This document shows, in pieces, positions 1 to 15,047 of a DNA stretch of 64,000 bases. Each line of letters begins with the position of its first letter. The stretch's first letter is position 1. A program made the translations under genes and the position numbers. The DNA lies in assembly GCA_040954595.2 (NCBI GenBank), contig CM082592.2:10378731-10442730 (forward strand), given 5' to 3'. The notes beneath the pieces are model-generated. The model was not told where the DNA came from. It saw only the letters and a program-made list of their open reading frames with translations, and made no database searches. The stretch comes from Balanoglossus misakiensis. Lineage: Eukaryota > Animalia > Hemichordata.

Positions 1-515
1 AAAAATCATAAGCAGGCTTCCTTTCCTTTCCTTGATGTGTTAATTTGGAATTGTGCTGAGAGATGATGGATGGCAATGGAAGTAAACGACATGACAGACA
101 AATTAAAGTTTATTAAAAGACCGAGCACACCTGTATATCTGATTTTAATGATATTGTGGCTGTGTGTGCATGGTAGCACTGAGAAGCATGGTGTATTGTT
201 TTTAGGAACTGCAGCAACTTTGAGCCAAGCTTACAGCTTTTCAACTTTGTTACGGGGAGTGTTTTGCATCAACTGAATGGATGTTAAACCGTTGCAGTGA
301 CTTCACTTTGATCACTGAACTGAAAGTTATGGCGTGACCTGCAGCGGTCGCCAAGTCTCTTTGTCAGTAGTTGAATTTCACTTTTATCTCTTGTGTTGAT
401 TTTCTCAGTGTCGTTAAGTTTGATAGATGTGCCAAAGTACATGCAGGAAGTACATGGCCCTTTGAAGTTGATAAAATCAGGTTTACTTCTATGCAGAGAA
501 TGGCGTATTCAGCTC

Positions 516-591
516 TAGTCTAGAGTCCGGCCTTGTGGTTTTTTCACTAATGGCTCATAAAGGGAAAATCACAAGGCTAGATTCTAGACTA
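516..591. mobile_element. 76-bp palindromic mini-insertion, TAG...CTA ends, 9-bp target-site duplication
   Basis: Arms tagtctagagtccggccttgtggtttt and aaaatcacaaggctagattctagacta are imperfect inverted repeats. Flanks are attcagctc (507-515) and attcagttc (592-600), an 8/9 match. Confidence 0.75.
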
Positions 592-3500
592 ATTCAGTTC
601 ATAAACCTCCCATGAACCACTTGCAAGTCGGGGAAATAAAATTGGTTTTGAAAGTTGTGGGGGATGGAATTGTAAAAAAAAGTTGCTCTGTGCAGTTTAG
701 TGGCAGCATTGAGGTCAGGGGTCAGGCCAGGGTTTATTTTAGGGTCAAGGTTAGGATCAGGGTTTTCATTCAAAGAGAAAGAATAGCCATCATGTTACTA
801 GTAGATATTCAACACACTGTTTTTAACAGTAGCACATAGAAGGACTTTATTTTTAGTACATGGTCATTTCTGTTGTTTGCAGCAGTAGATGAATATTTTC
901 TGGTATTGACCAAAACTTATATGGTGGACGTGTTATGTCTACTCATTTTCAGAGAAGATATACTTTACATATACATGCTTTATTATGGTTTTATAGTGAT
1001 ATCTGTCTGATTTTACATATGAAAAGTTCCCCTGCATCGTTTCATATGCTAACAGAGAACTTTTATTTAAAACAGTGATGTCATATCTTTGAGTCTTTTT
1101 TCTAAAGGTGTTGTGATGATTGTACTGCAAAAGTACCGTTGAAACAGCATCTAAATTGGGATATGGTACCTGTCCTAGAAACTTGGCATCAAATCAGTTT
1201 TTGCAAATTGTTATGTACAAACCGATATGTACATATTACAAGAGCTGCTTGTGTAAATCTGAATATTGAGATAAGGATGTCCCCAAAATTAGGTGTGGCT
1301 TTGAATTTGAATTTTACAGCGATACCTTTTGTAGGACTATAATAGGTTATTTGTGTAAACAGAACAATTATAAAGGATTCATTGAAACTGGAACAGCAAC
1401 AAAGATTGAGAGCAATTATTCCTGTAACGGGACTACTGCATGAGTAATCAGTGTGCAATATATCACATGATGAATGTCGAACTTAGTCTATGACTAGTTT
1501 CTGTTAAATAGTCACTTTTTCACTCACTGCATGCAACACCTGTTGTTTGTACAGAGGTTGCACACACCTGGGTGTATACACAGACAAGGTCAGCCTCTTG
1601 TGGAAGACAATCGCTTATCCTTGTTCTCAAGTCTTGCCAAGCTATACACAAATCAGATTAAAATCAGATGTAGGGAACGGCAACATGGGTTTTTTTTATG
1701 CTGTCGCCTCACACTACGTCGCCTTCCCTACATCTGATTTTAATCAGATTGTACACAAATCAACTGCTTGTCTGCTATCAAAGTTTGGAGTTGCAGAAAC
1801 TTTCATGTTTTTATGTTGAGTGGCGATCTACTTAGGTTTTGATGGAGGATATCGTATTTCACGGGACACGAGTTATAGGCGACCTTTCCACTGACAGATG
1901 CATACCATACATGAAAGCCATTAACTGGGAACTGATGGATCGCCATAAAAAAACGCTTGAATCATCCAGATCCTTTAACTACTTTGCATACAATGCATAC
2001 TTGCTTATTAAAAGGTTGCTGACCCTTGTGCTTTGTTAAGCCCTGGGGTAGCTGCCTAGCAAAACGGAGAAGAGATCTTTTGTCAACAAATGTCTTTGAA
2101 ATAAGACTGAAAAACACCAGCCAGGGTTCTGAAAAGTCACCGCTATTACATTTTCTTAGATTTGACCATAGATACAGTCAGAGTTTACCATATACTTCAT
2201 CGTTTGTTCGTTGAAAACTTGTCTTGTCATTATGTCAGGGTGCAATATAACAGAGAGTCGGTATGTTTGGCATGGTTATAGTTATCTGGCATAAAAGTGA
2301 TTGCTAACATCTTTCTAATTCCTGATATGACAAATCAACAAGTTGTCCTAAATTGTCAACATATCTGAGTGAGATCAAAGAGTTGCGAAATTATTTCTGT
2401 TCTTCTCCCTTTTCATAAGACGTAATGTTAGATACGCTGCTGAAACAGATTTGTGTCATGATATGATCCAAATTGTCGGTTTCCATGACAACTCAGACAG
2501 TTGTCACAATAACTTTTTTTGAATTTTGGTCATTTTGATTAGTACTTACCACAATGGTTGTTTGTTATTTTCATATCAGAAGACCAGTTGAACTGAGATA
2601 ACAAAAACAAAACAAAAATGAGCAATATTTATGTAAAATGTATAATATTAAAAAAAACATTTGGTGTACGTCATTTTATGTTTATGACATGTATATGTAT
2701 GGGTCTCCTTGTAAAAGAAATGCTGACATTTTGATTCAAGGACAACAGTCCAGAAAATCAGGGCCATACAAATTTATGATTTCAAAACCAAACCACCCAG
2801 TAAATCGATAATTTCAAACAATAAATAGCTTTCACATCAATTTGCTTTGCAGGAAAGTTTTGAATTGTTTACTCTTATTAATAATGGTATGATGATTGTA
2901 CTGAAGAGGTTCATATGAGTATAAATCTAAAGTTCTGACTTCTGATAACCTATCCCTGAAGTATTCTTCTTCCTCACACTGAATGTCATCTCTCTGGGTT
3001 TTTTTAACTGCAAATTGGCAGTCACAAACTCCACAGATGGTCTGATTTATATCTCATGTCACGGAAGTACGTGGTTGGCTGAAAAGAAATCAGCAGAGTT
3101 GATTTCAATGGTTGGCAAGGAAGATTCCTTGAATTCACCGTATCATGTACTAAATGAACCGTCCACCACAATAACTTCTAAAAGTCATTATATTTCTCTT
3201 TAACTGAAGTTAAGTACACAGGTTAGTCCGTGATCTCAGTAAATGTTTCCAAATTTTTCCAGAGATTTTGCGGGAGGAAGATTTCTGAATTGACTGTATT
3301 GCATCGAGGGCACGTAGATGAGTATTGTAGAGACAGGCGCAGCGATGTATTGTTTGTGTTAGTGATGTTGCTACTTGTGCCAATTGGACACGTTTGATCT
3401 CTGTTCGATCGATCACATTGAGATGTGTCAAATATATAATTTTAGCATGCATTGAATTCTTTTTGAATACCCTGGGAAACTTTGTTACCATGAACTTTGT

Positions 3501-6500
3501 ATCTGTTCAGAGTACAGTGATGTTTTCTTATCCCAAACGTACTGTGCATTGTAAGAATTTTGCAGTCTGTCATGATTGAGCTACGCAAGGATATATCTTG
3601 AGTGAATTTCATGTCGTGACTAAGTTTGCAGTCATAAAATTCATGTATTGTATGAAAATGTGATTGCCGGATATCTGTCATAGTTGGGTACATGTAGAAG
3701 ATCATGTGCCTTGTACAAAACACAATTTATAAACACTTTTGATTTCAGAAATGCCTGAACCCTTCACCACCATGGTTTGATCGAAATCCAATGTTTTCAA
3801 GGGTAAAATTTGACCTCTACTTAGGGAACTGAGGTGAAAGGGTCAAGTCATTTGAGGAATTACATGTATTTTTCATTCACCTGTAATTGCAACGTAAACC
3901 AAAATGCAAATTATTCCAAGAAACATTAATCATTATTTCTGACTGACCTTGACATAAACTGAGAACATCATATAGGTCAAAGTCACACAAACCGATTGCA
4001 GCATTGGGAAGTCTTCGGACGTGATGCAGATGAATTTTTAGGAGCAGAACAGGAATTTTGTTAATGGTAAAACTCATAATGACTAAGGAGAAAAAAAATC
4101 CTCTCCTTAAAGATTACTGCCAACACAAATCCTTAACAAATCAAGACAAAGGTCACAAAAACATTAAAATAGTTATCTGTGGAGCCTCTTTCCCCTGCTT
4201 ACAATTTATGTATGTGCATGGCAACAGGTTGTTGGGAGTAGAACAAGAAACGTTAGTGGATACGCAGAATAAAAAGACTAAACATTTTATCAAAGGTTAC
4301 AGCGACCGATATCAGTGGAAGTGTACTTTATAATAGATTTGGATAACTTTCATCATGATGATCAAGCATTGTATTTTAATAAAATTATATAATACACTTG
4401 TACAAGAAATGTACCGGTACATGTAAGCTTCATGTCAAATATAACCAACCCCATCCCATCCCATCCCATAGGACTACCAAATTGTAGTGCTTTCTCAAAA
4501 TATGAGCATTGTGATTTGTATACATACTCCATAGAAGTAGAGTGAAAAACACTGATATTGATATGATGAGAATTTATTTGGTATTTCAAATGACCCTTTG
4601 ATTTTATCAAAAAGAAATTAATTAGTATATTTTCCCTAAAACTCTGACCCTTGTCAATGTATCTCAAATTAAAATTCCATTCCATGGCCATGACTGAGTG
4701 ACCGACGGAAACCTTCACATTTCAGTTCTGTTAAAGGTTTCGTCATGATGTGTTAACACGACCCTTTGGGGATTTCCCTGTCAAACAGCTTTTGTCGCGA
4801 CTCAAGGATAAATTAACTTCCTGTTGTGCAACGCTTACTGTACATGCACATAAAATTAATATTGCACAAAATTAAGGTTCATGATTTAATGGAAGTGGAA
4901 GGCTTTGATGCAGTGACATTTTGTTGAATTTTAATTGCCATTTTGCTTCATTTATTGAATGCGAACAATTCAACTTTATTATTCTTTCATTAGAGTGCGG
5001 AAATGTATAGCTATAGAAACGACCGTACAGAGACTACTAAACTGGTCGAGTAATTTTTTTCCGTTTTATTAAACCATCACAATTCATTTACTCAAGCTTA
5101 GGTGTCATTGGAGGAAATATAACTTCAGAATTATACTTGTCATTTTCCTTTGTCTGACAACAACACCTGAAATAAAAAGATAAATCATTATTAGTAATAC
5201 AATTTAGGGAACTGTCAGCTGTTATGTGTAGTGGGGAAATTTGGAGGAGGGAGCATATTTCATGTGCCTGTCTTGGGAGGGGAGGAGGGACATGTTTAAT
5301 AGCCAATCAATTGTGTATTGAAGGTATCACACAAAATGCCAGCCCTCCTAATAATCAGGGAAGCTTAATAGTTGGGTTCACATTAGAGAGTTTATGTCGG
5401 CCCTTTGTACATGTACCGATACTGGTAGGTGTAGGTTTTAAGTCAGCTCAACAATCGATGTGGATGGGTTTGGGTTGGAGTTCTCACTGTTGATTTTGTT
5501 GAGGCTTTTACATGTAATTCTATGGTGGTCTGAGTCCGGCTTTGGGTTAATTCAAATGTGTAAGTGTTAATTGACAGACCAACATTTAATCATTATAGAG
5601 GATCATATTTCGCTCTGGACAGACTTCCCAGACAGATTTATAATTTGTTTACGTAATGCGGACAACATTGGTGACTAATGAGGGAGGAGGATATGTAATA
5701 GCCATGACATGTTACCATCACATTTAATGTCGAGGTAAAGGTTAAGTGACTTGGAGTGACTTAAGTGACAGTCCTTTCCAGTGAATGGTTTGGTTCCCAT
5801 TAGTGGCGGTGTCAATAACCTTCCTTTTATTGAACTCAGGGGCTACTCCTATTAAAAACATTGATGTGGGGATGGGGAAATGAAAAGTACAAACCACAAC
5901 CCACCCCTCAACCCCATAAGGAATGTCGATGTACAAGTGTGAAAATGTGATCAAAGTTGTTCAAGTATAATGATATTATGATTCAATTAAATTCTGTTCA
6001 AATATTGCAGTCTGATATCAACATTCAAACATAGCACTTTTATTTATTTGCTAACTTGTTGGCCATATCTACTGCCCCTAGAATGTGTGTTGCAAAGTAA
6101 ATCTTTGAACCCTGTGTAGGATGTTACTGTGAAACGATTTGTACAGTCACATGTACTGAAATGACCGATTATCAGTTCAGCTGATATTTGCAATTTTCAT
6201 TGAGTTTAGACGAGAGAAAAATTGAACAGATGTGTCATTAATTTATAATAGCTGTAGTGCAAATGAAAACAGATGTCACTGTTGAATATTGAAAGTGAAT
6301 GTGGTATCTGGGACAGCTGACCGATGTTATTGTCATAATATGGATCACAGTCTGCTACATGTTGGGTGTGGTTCATCACCTAGATCTAAAATTAATGCTA
6401 ACAATGACCTTTTCTCCTGGAATAGAGGTTTGAGGCATAGAAATACTTGACATTGATATGTAGCTCATCAACTTTGCCCATACATGTATGTTCATAGCCA

Positions 6501-9500
6501 GCAAGAAAATTAAATTTAATTCTGGACTTCAATTAATTTGCCAACATTGACAATGGTTGTCAGTGTTTATACCTACATGTGTATGCATGAAAACATCTGC
6601 CACAGGCCAATTGTTGGGAAACAGGGCAGTTTTAGGGAGTAAACACAGATAAAGCTAGGTTACAGTTTGTGTTTTCTTATCCACAACAATTCATTGTTTT
6701 TTTCTGTCCACCGATGACCTTCAATGACATTCACAGACCAGCATGGGCCCAGACAGCACTATATTCACATGCAGTTTTCTAAACCATCCAAAGACCTGGG
6801 ATGGGTCTGGGTAGGACAAAATCGTCCAGTGTGAACCCACTATACATTTAATCCGCAATGACCTTGGCAATGTCAAACATGTATTGGCAAGGGAATATAA
6901 ATGTCTTGCGTACTTTTCCATGTACATTGCCTTTAATCCTGATCCCAATGGAAATGATATTTGAATAGTGGCCTTTTTTTTTTTAATTTCACATACTATC
7001 GTTTATCAGTAGAGCTACAGTATAGGTTTTCAATACATCTGGGCAAATCTTTTAATTTCATTTTACATTTCACTGTGCATGGTTAAACACTGAGCTATGA
7101 AAACATGAGTAATGCAGAAAATAGGTCAGGTCATTCATATCATTACCTTGACTTGCAATGTTTTCTTTTCCGATGGACATACCATCTACCCGCACTGTCG
7201 TCATTGTGTTGGATTTTCATCAATTTTTATGATCTGTGAAATGTCAAGGTGAAGTTCCATTCATTGGTCAGTCTATTAGCCATTGTTAGTTTTAGTAGAT
7301 TCCTTGCAGTCCTATCTAACCAGAGTCGTACCATTGACATATTCTGTGTTCTCTTTTGTATAATAGCCTATTGAATTTATTTTTCTTTGAGAAAAAAAGC
7401 ATTCCAGTTCGAATTAACTAGATATATGACACGTGTCACATTGATATCAACCCTTCATGCACCTTTGGACTAATATTGCATTCAAACCTGCATAATTAAA
7501 AAAGTTTCAGATAGCACAAACGCTGTTATCTATTCAAAGCTTAATTAAACATTACCCGTTTTCGAGCACACATACTGCATTTTAATATTTCAGCAATGGC
7601 AGCAAGTTTATGTTCATCAAAAAATTATGATCATCAAGTAATTCCCCTGGAGTTTGATATCCACAGAGGTGTGATTTGTTTTCCTCTTGAACTTGGACTT
7701 CTCCAACGGGAATGTCAACATTCCCTTAATCTGTCACTGAAAGCACTTCATGGCCGAAAAAAATCACTTTCTCAACAGAATCAACACCTTGCTTTGTTGT
7801 CCGGTGTTGTGACATTGCAGCTTATAATCTCTCAGAATACAAAATGTAGGTTGAGCTGTCACAGAAATTAGAATACAGCAGGTCTTGTTAGTGTGTAGGC
7901 ATGCCGCTGACAAAAACGTTCGGTCTGTCATCTCCTGTGGCGTGTGCATGCTGATCAGAGTTATGTACCTGAAATATGAATCCCATTTCTCATGTGGAGT
8001 ATACGTTCAAGGTTAGCGCAGAAAATTGATGAAAAACTCATTTCGGTGAAGATTGCATGACAAGTAATGCATACAAATATGAGCCCAGTTACTCGAGGGA
8101 GATGGGCAACTCACTGCATGTCAGACTTTAATATCAATTAAATTGGGAATATGTTTTTATCGTATTTATTATTCATGAATTAACTTGATTAAAGTGGAAG
8201 GAACGGTTTCCACAATGGATTGTGTGACAGAATGCAAGATGTATGAAGTAAAAGCAATAACCCTGGGCAATATGGCTGTAAATTAAATATTGACGACGGT
8301 ATCAACCGAACCGACCGTGACAAGTTTTTGTTTCTGGGCATAGACCATGACGGGTCATTGTGCGTATGGATAGATTATTGTGTTCAGTCTTTGTCTTGGG
8401 AATTACACCATGAAAAGTTTTCTGAAGACCATTTGCAACTTTGTGGAGTGCAGAGACCGTGACAAGACTTTTCTTCCATCTCGCCAATCATATCTCTGTC
8501 TGTGTCTCTGTCTGTCTGTCTCTCCTGTCTCTACCAGTGGTTTTGGTAAGTTTGGGGAAGATTGGTAAATGATGTAGGAACCGTTACCCCGGTTACATTT
8601 ATTTCTATAACCCATAAATATGGCTGCATAATTGGTATATCAAGGGGGAATCCTGGTAACATTTACTTGGGTGTTGCCCATTAATTATCTCCCACTCTCT
8701 CCCCATCCCATTCTCTCTCTCCTCCTCCTCCTCTTCACCCGCTCCATCAATGAAAAGACCCTGAAAATCCACAGTTATGTTAGAATACACACAAGAGTCT
8801 TATTGTGTTGGAACTAAACTTCTATAGGTAAATCGGTGGTAATCACCAGACGTGCACAACAGACCATGAAGTTTTTCTCCTCCGCACGGACCACTGACAT
8901 TATATCTGTCGAATAGACCATGTCATTGTTCCTCCCGGGACAGGACATAAAAAGTCGATTTATCCTTGGCATAGACCGTGAAAGATTTGGCCTTGACATC
9001 ATGAAGTTTTTTTTATCTTTGGAAGAGAATACTACCCTTCATATCTTGCCAATTGGACATTTTCCCTGGGCATTTAACCATGAGTGATTTTTGTCCTTGG
9101 GTGTTTACAACATCACATGAAGGCTTTGAAGTCTTGTCCCGTTAATTATGTCTCTACAATAATAGAACTATTATTTTGTACATTGTCGGTGTCTATGATG
9201 CACTGGTCATGTCTGGGGGTAATGTTTGTAATTGGTCTGTATGTACACAACTGTACGCCCTATTGAAACCATGACTCAAAATTACCTGTTAGTGTTGATT
9301 GTACTTGGGACAGGTTGAATGTGCATACTTGATTTATGCAGGCCACCTGTGAAAATACTTGGTTAGAATTTGCAACTGAACTTTGTCACAGTTCCTCATT
9401 GTTGGCAGTGGTTGAGAGTATAGGTCGATGAAACAAAAACAAAAGTGCATGTAGTCTGTCTTACTAGCAAATGTCATTTTCATTCAGTCTTCTTTCCTGC

Positions 9501-11912
9501 TTTGCTGTGAATCGACTATAATGGCTGCAACTCACAAATGAGCAGAAGAGATTGATGTAGCGTAACCCTGAGTGCATTGGATCACCTTGTGTTTTAACTG
9601 CCTCGCTTATCTCTAACTGCATCTACATCACTCATTACTCCGGGATAGTTCTAAGCAATCAAGGGATTCATCTTTATTCTCTTTTTAAATCAGATTTTTA
9701 TTAAACGCGCATGCCATATAATCTCTCTGATTTTGGACATTGCAATTGTTTGATCGCTGTATAGCCTCCCCATCTCCCGGTATTGCTTATTCGGATAGGT
9801 CGGTCGTTGACATTGCGTGCGAGTTTTGGGTCAGGAAATCTAAGCATTTGATCTTACCCAAGCGAAAGCATCCACCTTATCACATCATTTTCATGGCCGT
9901 CTGCGTGGCTGTCAGCCATGATGGAATCACGTCCCATCAAATGTAGCAACTAACACGATGTGCGTAAAATAATGTATTCCTTCGTGATTTGCTGCAAAGT
10001 TTTCAAAGTACTTTTTCCGTTTCCATTGCAAGAACTCCTCTAGGGTGATGATTGAAACACATTGATAACTCTATACTTCAAAGCATGTGACTTATACCAG
10101 GTTCTAGTTACGGCCTATCATTCCCACTATCAAAATGCCGTGAATAAACTTATTACTGCCTGCATATTGGGCTGTACTTTGTCAAATATTGTAGAAGACC
10201 ATTTGCTGCCCAAACACCAGACACATTATGGTCACCTAACTGTTTCAAGCCAGGCTAAGGATCCCAATGTAGTAAGGACTGACAGACTACCCCAGTTGTA
10301 ATTATACAGTTTCTTGCTGTGTATGAGAATTGCCACAGAAAGTTAACTAACCGACCAACCAACCAACCGAAAGGGAATTTGACACACTCGACTGAATTAA
10401 GGACACAGAAAAAGTAAAAGTCGCCTTGTACCGTAGACATGTGTCTATCGCATTAGGAAGTAAGTTTTGGAATTGCACTGTTAAGGCGTGTTCGCATCAC
10501 TCGTAGGTGACTTATGTTGCTCTATCTGTGTACATATGTCTCAATTACTAAGTACTTGGAAAGCAGACAACTTGCAATTTGCTGGTAATATCCAGAGAGC
10601 ATTGCTCATGTCAGCCAATGTTTCAGGCCAGTTAATGGAGTGTATTTACCAAATTAAAGTCTAATTGATTCCTTGGATGTCTGTTGCGGCAGTCCAATTG
10701 CATTTTGTGATTGAATGGCTTTCTGCATATAGCGCAGTGGCTTAAAAGGAAAAAGCCCTGTCCACCCCGGCTTAATATTGTGGTGAAGCAAACCACATGG
10801 GCATTGCAGGACAGACTTCATGTCTCGTTGATCAATTTTCTAATTACTGTGATAGAGTTAGTGTATTTTTCGACTGCAGTCAGGACTTGATTCTCTTCAT
10901 GGGCAGCCCCATGTTTAACCAGATCAGTGCAGTCATCTATATGACCATTGTCCGTTAATTGACAATTCACAAATAGATGAGAAAAGCACTGCTAAGTTAT
11001 TGAACTTGACAAGTGAAGTGGAGACAACGTGTCACCACTTCCTTTTACAGGTGCACTGGGTTTTCAATCTGAATTTATGACTTATTGGCTATGATATTGC
11101 TTAGTTAACGTCAATTTTTGTGCGGCGGCACAATTTCAGCAATTTGCCATAGGCGCCGCCATTAGTTTTCATCAGGTTAATAGAAATTGATATTATATGG
11201 TGACATTGTCTTTAAGTACGTAATTATGATTCATAAAGATCACGATGAAAGTCATTTCAATTTCGATATTATCAATCTCGTCTCATCAAGGTGCTCAACT
11301 TGCCGTTTCCTTAATATTCTCATCTTAACTAGCGTTTAGAATTCTAATGAAGAAGTCCTTTATTGCATTGGGATTTTGTTAGCCTGCATTTGACAAGAAG
11401 ATGGAGACGTGTGCAGCGAGGCTGTGTGCGTGATCACATGATCACATGAATGACTCTCCAGCAAAGTTTACAAGTCAGAACTTTAATATCAAGTTGTGTC
11501 TGGACTGTGTTGCTCAGGACAACCTGCAGCCGGCCTGATTTTCAACTTCTCCGGAAGCAGATCATCAGGCCGGACTTGATATCTTGCAAGACTCTCCCAG
11601 TGTGCAGACTGCTTTCACAAATCATTCAGGGACAACTTTGAGAAACCATTACTGGTACGGTTCAGCCATCATCAGACAATCCAATCTCTCTGTCTGATCC
11701 ACTTACCATTGTGTGTCTTAGAAAGGCGGAAGTTGGCAGTTTTGACCAATCATTTAACAACTTTGATGGGCCCATTTTGAGTCAGTCACCTGGTGTGTTA
11801 ATTGTAAGCAGCTGATGGGAATCAGTCTCGCAAGGGACTCCCCATCGAATAAAGAATTAGTCGATGATGAATTTGTAAATGGCACCCACATTTCCCTAAT
11901 ACTCGATCCCTG

Positions 11913-12030
11913 CAGGGTTTCTGCACTCTTGGAAAATCCTGGGATTGGAAACCTGTTCCCGGAAATTCCTTGAAAGTTCTGGAAATATGAAATTTAATGC
12001 TGGAATTTCCGGGAACATTTATTTCGCCTC
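11913..12030 (+). mobile_element. Degenerate dispersed repeat, copy 1 (CAGGG start, hAT-like MITE remnant)
   Basis: Aligns by eye to 18481-18545 (cagggtttctgcactcttggaaaatcct...tccttgaa versus cagagttcatgctctccttgaaaatcct...tccttgaa) and has internal (t)cc(t)tg(g)aa sub-repeats. Confidence 0.5.
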
Positions 12031-14983
12031 AGAGCATGCTATCATAAAATACATCTATTGTACATATAGTTTGTCATGATCTAAGAATTAAAAGTTTAAA
12101 ATATGGAGCACAACCGAAGACAGGAAAAGCAGCCCACACAGTCAAAGCCACTAAAAGTGTCTGTTAATTCCTTCCCTGATGCACCAGTACACGGAAGTCT
12201 TACTTCGTTGTGCATTCTAACCCACACAAGGATTATACTTTTTGAGTAGTTGAGTAGCAGTTAGATCCACGTCGGAGGAAGTCCTATTCGCAGAAAATTG
12301 TCTAATCTGCTTTTCTTGCAATCAACAAAAGATATTGCTCTTCATTTCCTTTCTGGAAGTCACTGGTTGTTAGCGGACCTTGACCGTGTAATCCACCTCA
12401 TCCAATGCTCCGCAGAAAAAGATCAACAGCATTCCATTTCCTATTCCCTAGTCACTGAATTATTCCGTGGTATGACATTAAGTGATTGGGAAGCTAGGCT
12501 GAAACCTTTATCATGGAAAAGAAGAAACTTTCTTTGCTGATAACCTCATTTATCAAAGTTGCCATGCAAAGTTTCTAGATAGCTATGGTCATTTAGATTG
12601 ATGGCAATTATATTTGTGACAGAAACTGTTAAAAGACACTTAGTCAAGTTACCGTTGGTTAAGTGATTAATTTCCACATGTAACTGAATCTTGACTGTAG
12701 ATGGCCCTCTAGTTAAAGATAAATAGACTTCTCCCTTGGAGAATATGCGAGGCAGAAAAGTAGATTGCTCTGAAAACTGATATTTTGTAATCTTCTCGAA
12801 AAACTGTAAAAGGTAATAGTTAAACATTGCCTCAGAAATTAATTATCAGAGTAAAGACGGTGTGACACGAAGCAGCTTATAATCAAATCCATTTTGCCCG
12901 CGTTTTTGTTTTTAGCAAAATTGAAATCGCTATGAGTGTTTATTTTCTGGGTGACTTTAAGCAGCTTATGATCCGAGAGGAAATAAGCTGCGCCCATTTG
13001 AATGTCACCTGAGAGTTGAATTCTGTGAGTGATGTCCCCCTGGAGATGGCTGCGACTACTTTGACTGGAAATTAGTTAAAAAGCAAGAAGTCTTGAAAAG
13101 AGCCGATAATCAAACAGCCTTTTGCGATGTGTGTTTGAAATATTGTCTCTTTCACTTTCTCTGTGTCAGTTTAATTTTTGTAATAGCTTCCAGTGATTGG
13201 ATGAGAATGGCTTTATTTGCCTGTGCTGCCGTTTTATTCATGATTGATTTTCATTATGGCGCTGTCAATTTCTTTAAGAGCAGGTAGCGGTGTTTGTTTT
13301 ATGTCAGCTAGTGTTCTCCAGTGACTTCGAGACTCGGGAGGGTCATATCCGTAATTACCTGCGGCCAAGTAGAGCTCAACCAGACAGTTTGATCAGTGCG
13401 ATCGAATTTCGTAGGGTCTTGATCATTGTAAATTAAGCAAATATTGGAAAATGCAGTTGCTGTGCATGGTTGGTAAAACTGATAGATTTGTGTCGACAAG
13501 CACATTCGAGGCTCAGATGGAGAAGCAGGATTAATGACCCAAATAATGTCGAGTTGATCACAAGGGGAGAAAAGTTACTGAAGAATTCTTATTGTCAGGA
13601 TCACTGTGAATTTTGAAGTGTTCTGTAAAGTTTTATGGGTTTACATTGTAATATCCTGAAATTTCTCGTGCGTTCTAGAAAGTCTGTTTACTGAGAAAAG
13701 TAGTCAAGATACGTTTAGCCTATAAAGGAAAGACTTGGTGTAATGTGATATTTTTGCCGGGGGATTTAGATAGATATGGGAATTAATATGGTAAAGTTTT
13801 CTACGGATTTGCAGTAGACTTACTCATTGCGGCCTTGCCAAGCTGGTCAGTCAGTCGGCCATTTTGTCATCTTCAAATGTGATAACCTATTTCATTTTGT
13901 TCAGTGCGTTCTTAATCCCATGAGAGAAAGCTATGAGGATTTTAATATATATATATTACATATCTGTAGTTTGATGAAAATGAAACTATGTCTCACATGA
14001 TTGACTTTGAAATTTAATTTTGCCATTACGGGACGCATGTATAGTAACTTTGACAGACAGGTTATTTTCACACTTGCGGTGTTGACAACAATATAATTGC
14101 ATTGCACCTGAATGATTTCTAATTTACGGTAGTCTTTAGCAAACATGCAAATAGACTTAAGAAAATTACTTTGAGTTGCGCAAATAAAACTGTCTCCAAG
14201 ATGTTGTTAGCAGAGCGATTACACCTGTAAAACATTTATGATCTTATCAGGAATCTTTCCAAAGAAGAATATATCATTTAGAAGTGGTAGGACGTGAAAG
14301 GTTTGTTCAAAGTAAAAGTATCAGTGTCATAATATGTCTAGAATGTCAATTTAGCTGGTTGAGATAGAAACCGGATTTAAACATGGTTAAAAAGCAAGAA
14401 TGATCCTGCGATCTTTCAGAAATCTTCTCTGTTGTGTATGGCTTCATTCGATCTTCATCAGTGGCAGCCACCCCGATGGAATATAAAATTACCAGCTTGA
14501 AAAATTCAATCTATCCAGAATTCGACTACTCGCCTAATTTCCCATACAAAGAAATTTGATCATGGTATAGCCTATTTTTTTCAGGCTTCAGTGGTTACCT
14601 GTTAAGGAGATATTCAAGTTATAAATCATTTTCCTTACACGCCACATTCTCAGTAGTGAATGTCCAGGTAATGTCATTGTTAGATATCCAGGTTCCACAA
14701 CATGCCTTCCTCTGTTCAAACAACTTGCTTTTGATTAGAACAGGATTGTAACCTGCTACACTAATTATGGCTTTATATATTTTCAGTTGTTGCTCCAGTG
14801 TTGTGGAATGAACTTCCTTTGTTACTGCACGCAACTCTTGAAAGTTTAATCATGTCTTTTATTAACCGCCAACTAAATTGAATTATCTTTTTAAGAATTG
14901 TTAAAGTGGTTATCCCTGACTTTTTATTCATACATGTATGTATTATGTAGAGAGTGCTGAGACAAAGAGTAGCGTGGTTAAAA

Positions 14984-15046
<63 letters not shown>
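14984..15046 (+). repeat. (ATG)21 microsatellite
   Basis: Perfect trinucleotide run. It explains the poly-M and poly-I ORFs in the track. Confidence 0.97.

Positions 15047-15047
<1 letters not shown>

Noticed and set aside
711-766. Telomere-like GGTTAGG/GGTCAGG tract
   Set aside because: Short and degenerate, with no tandem TTAGGG run.
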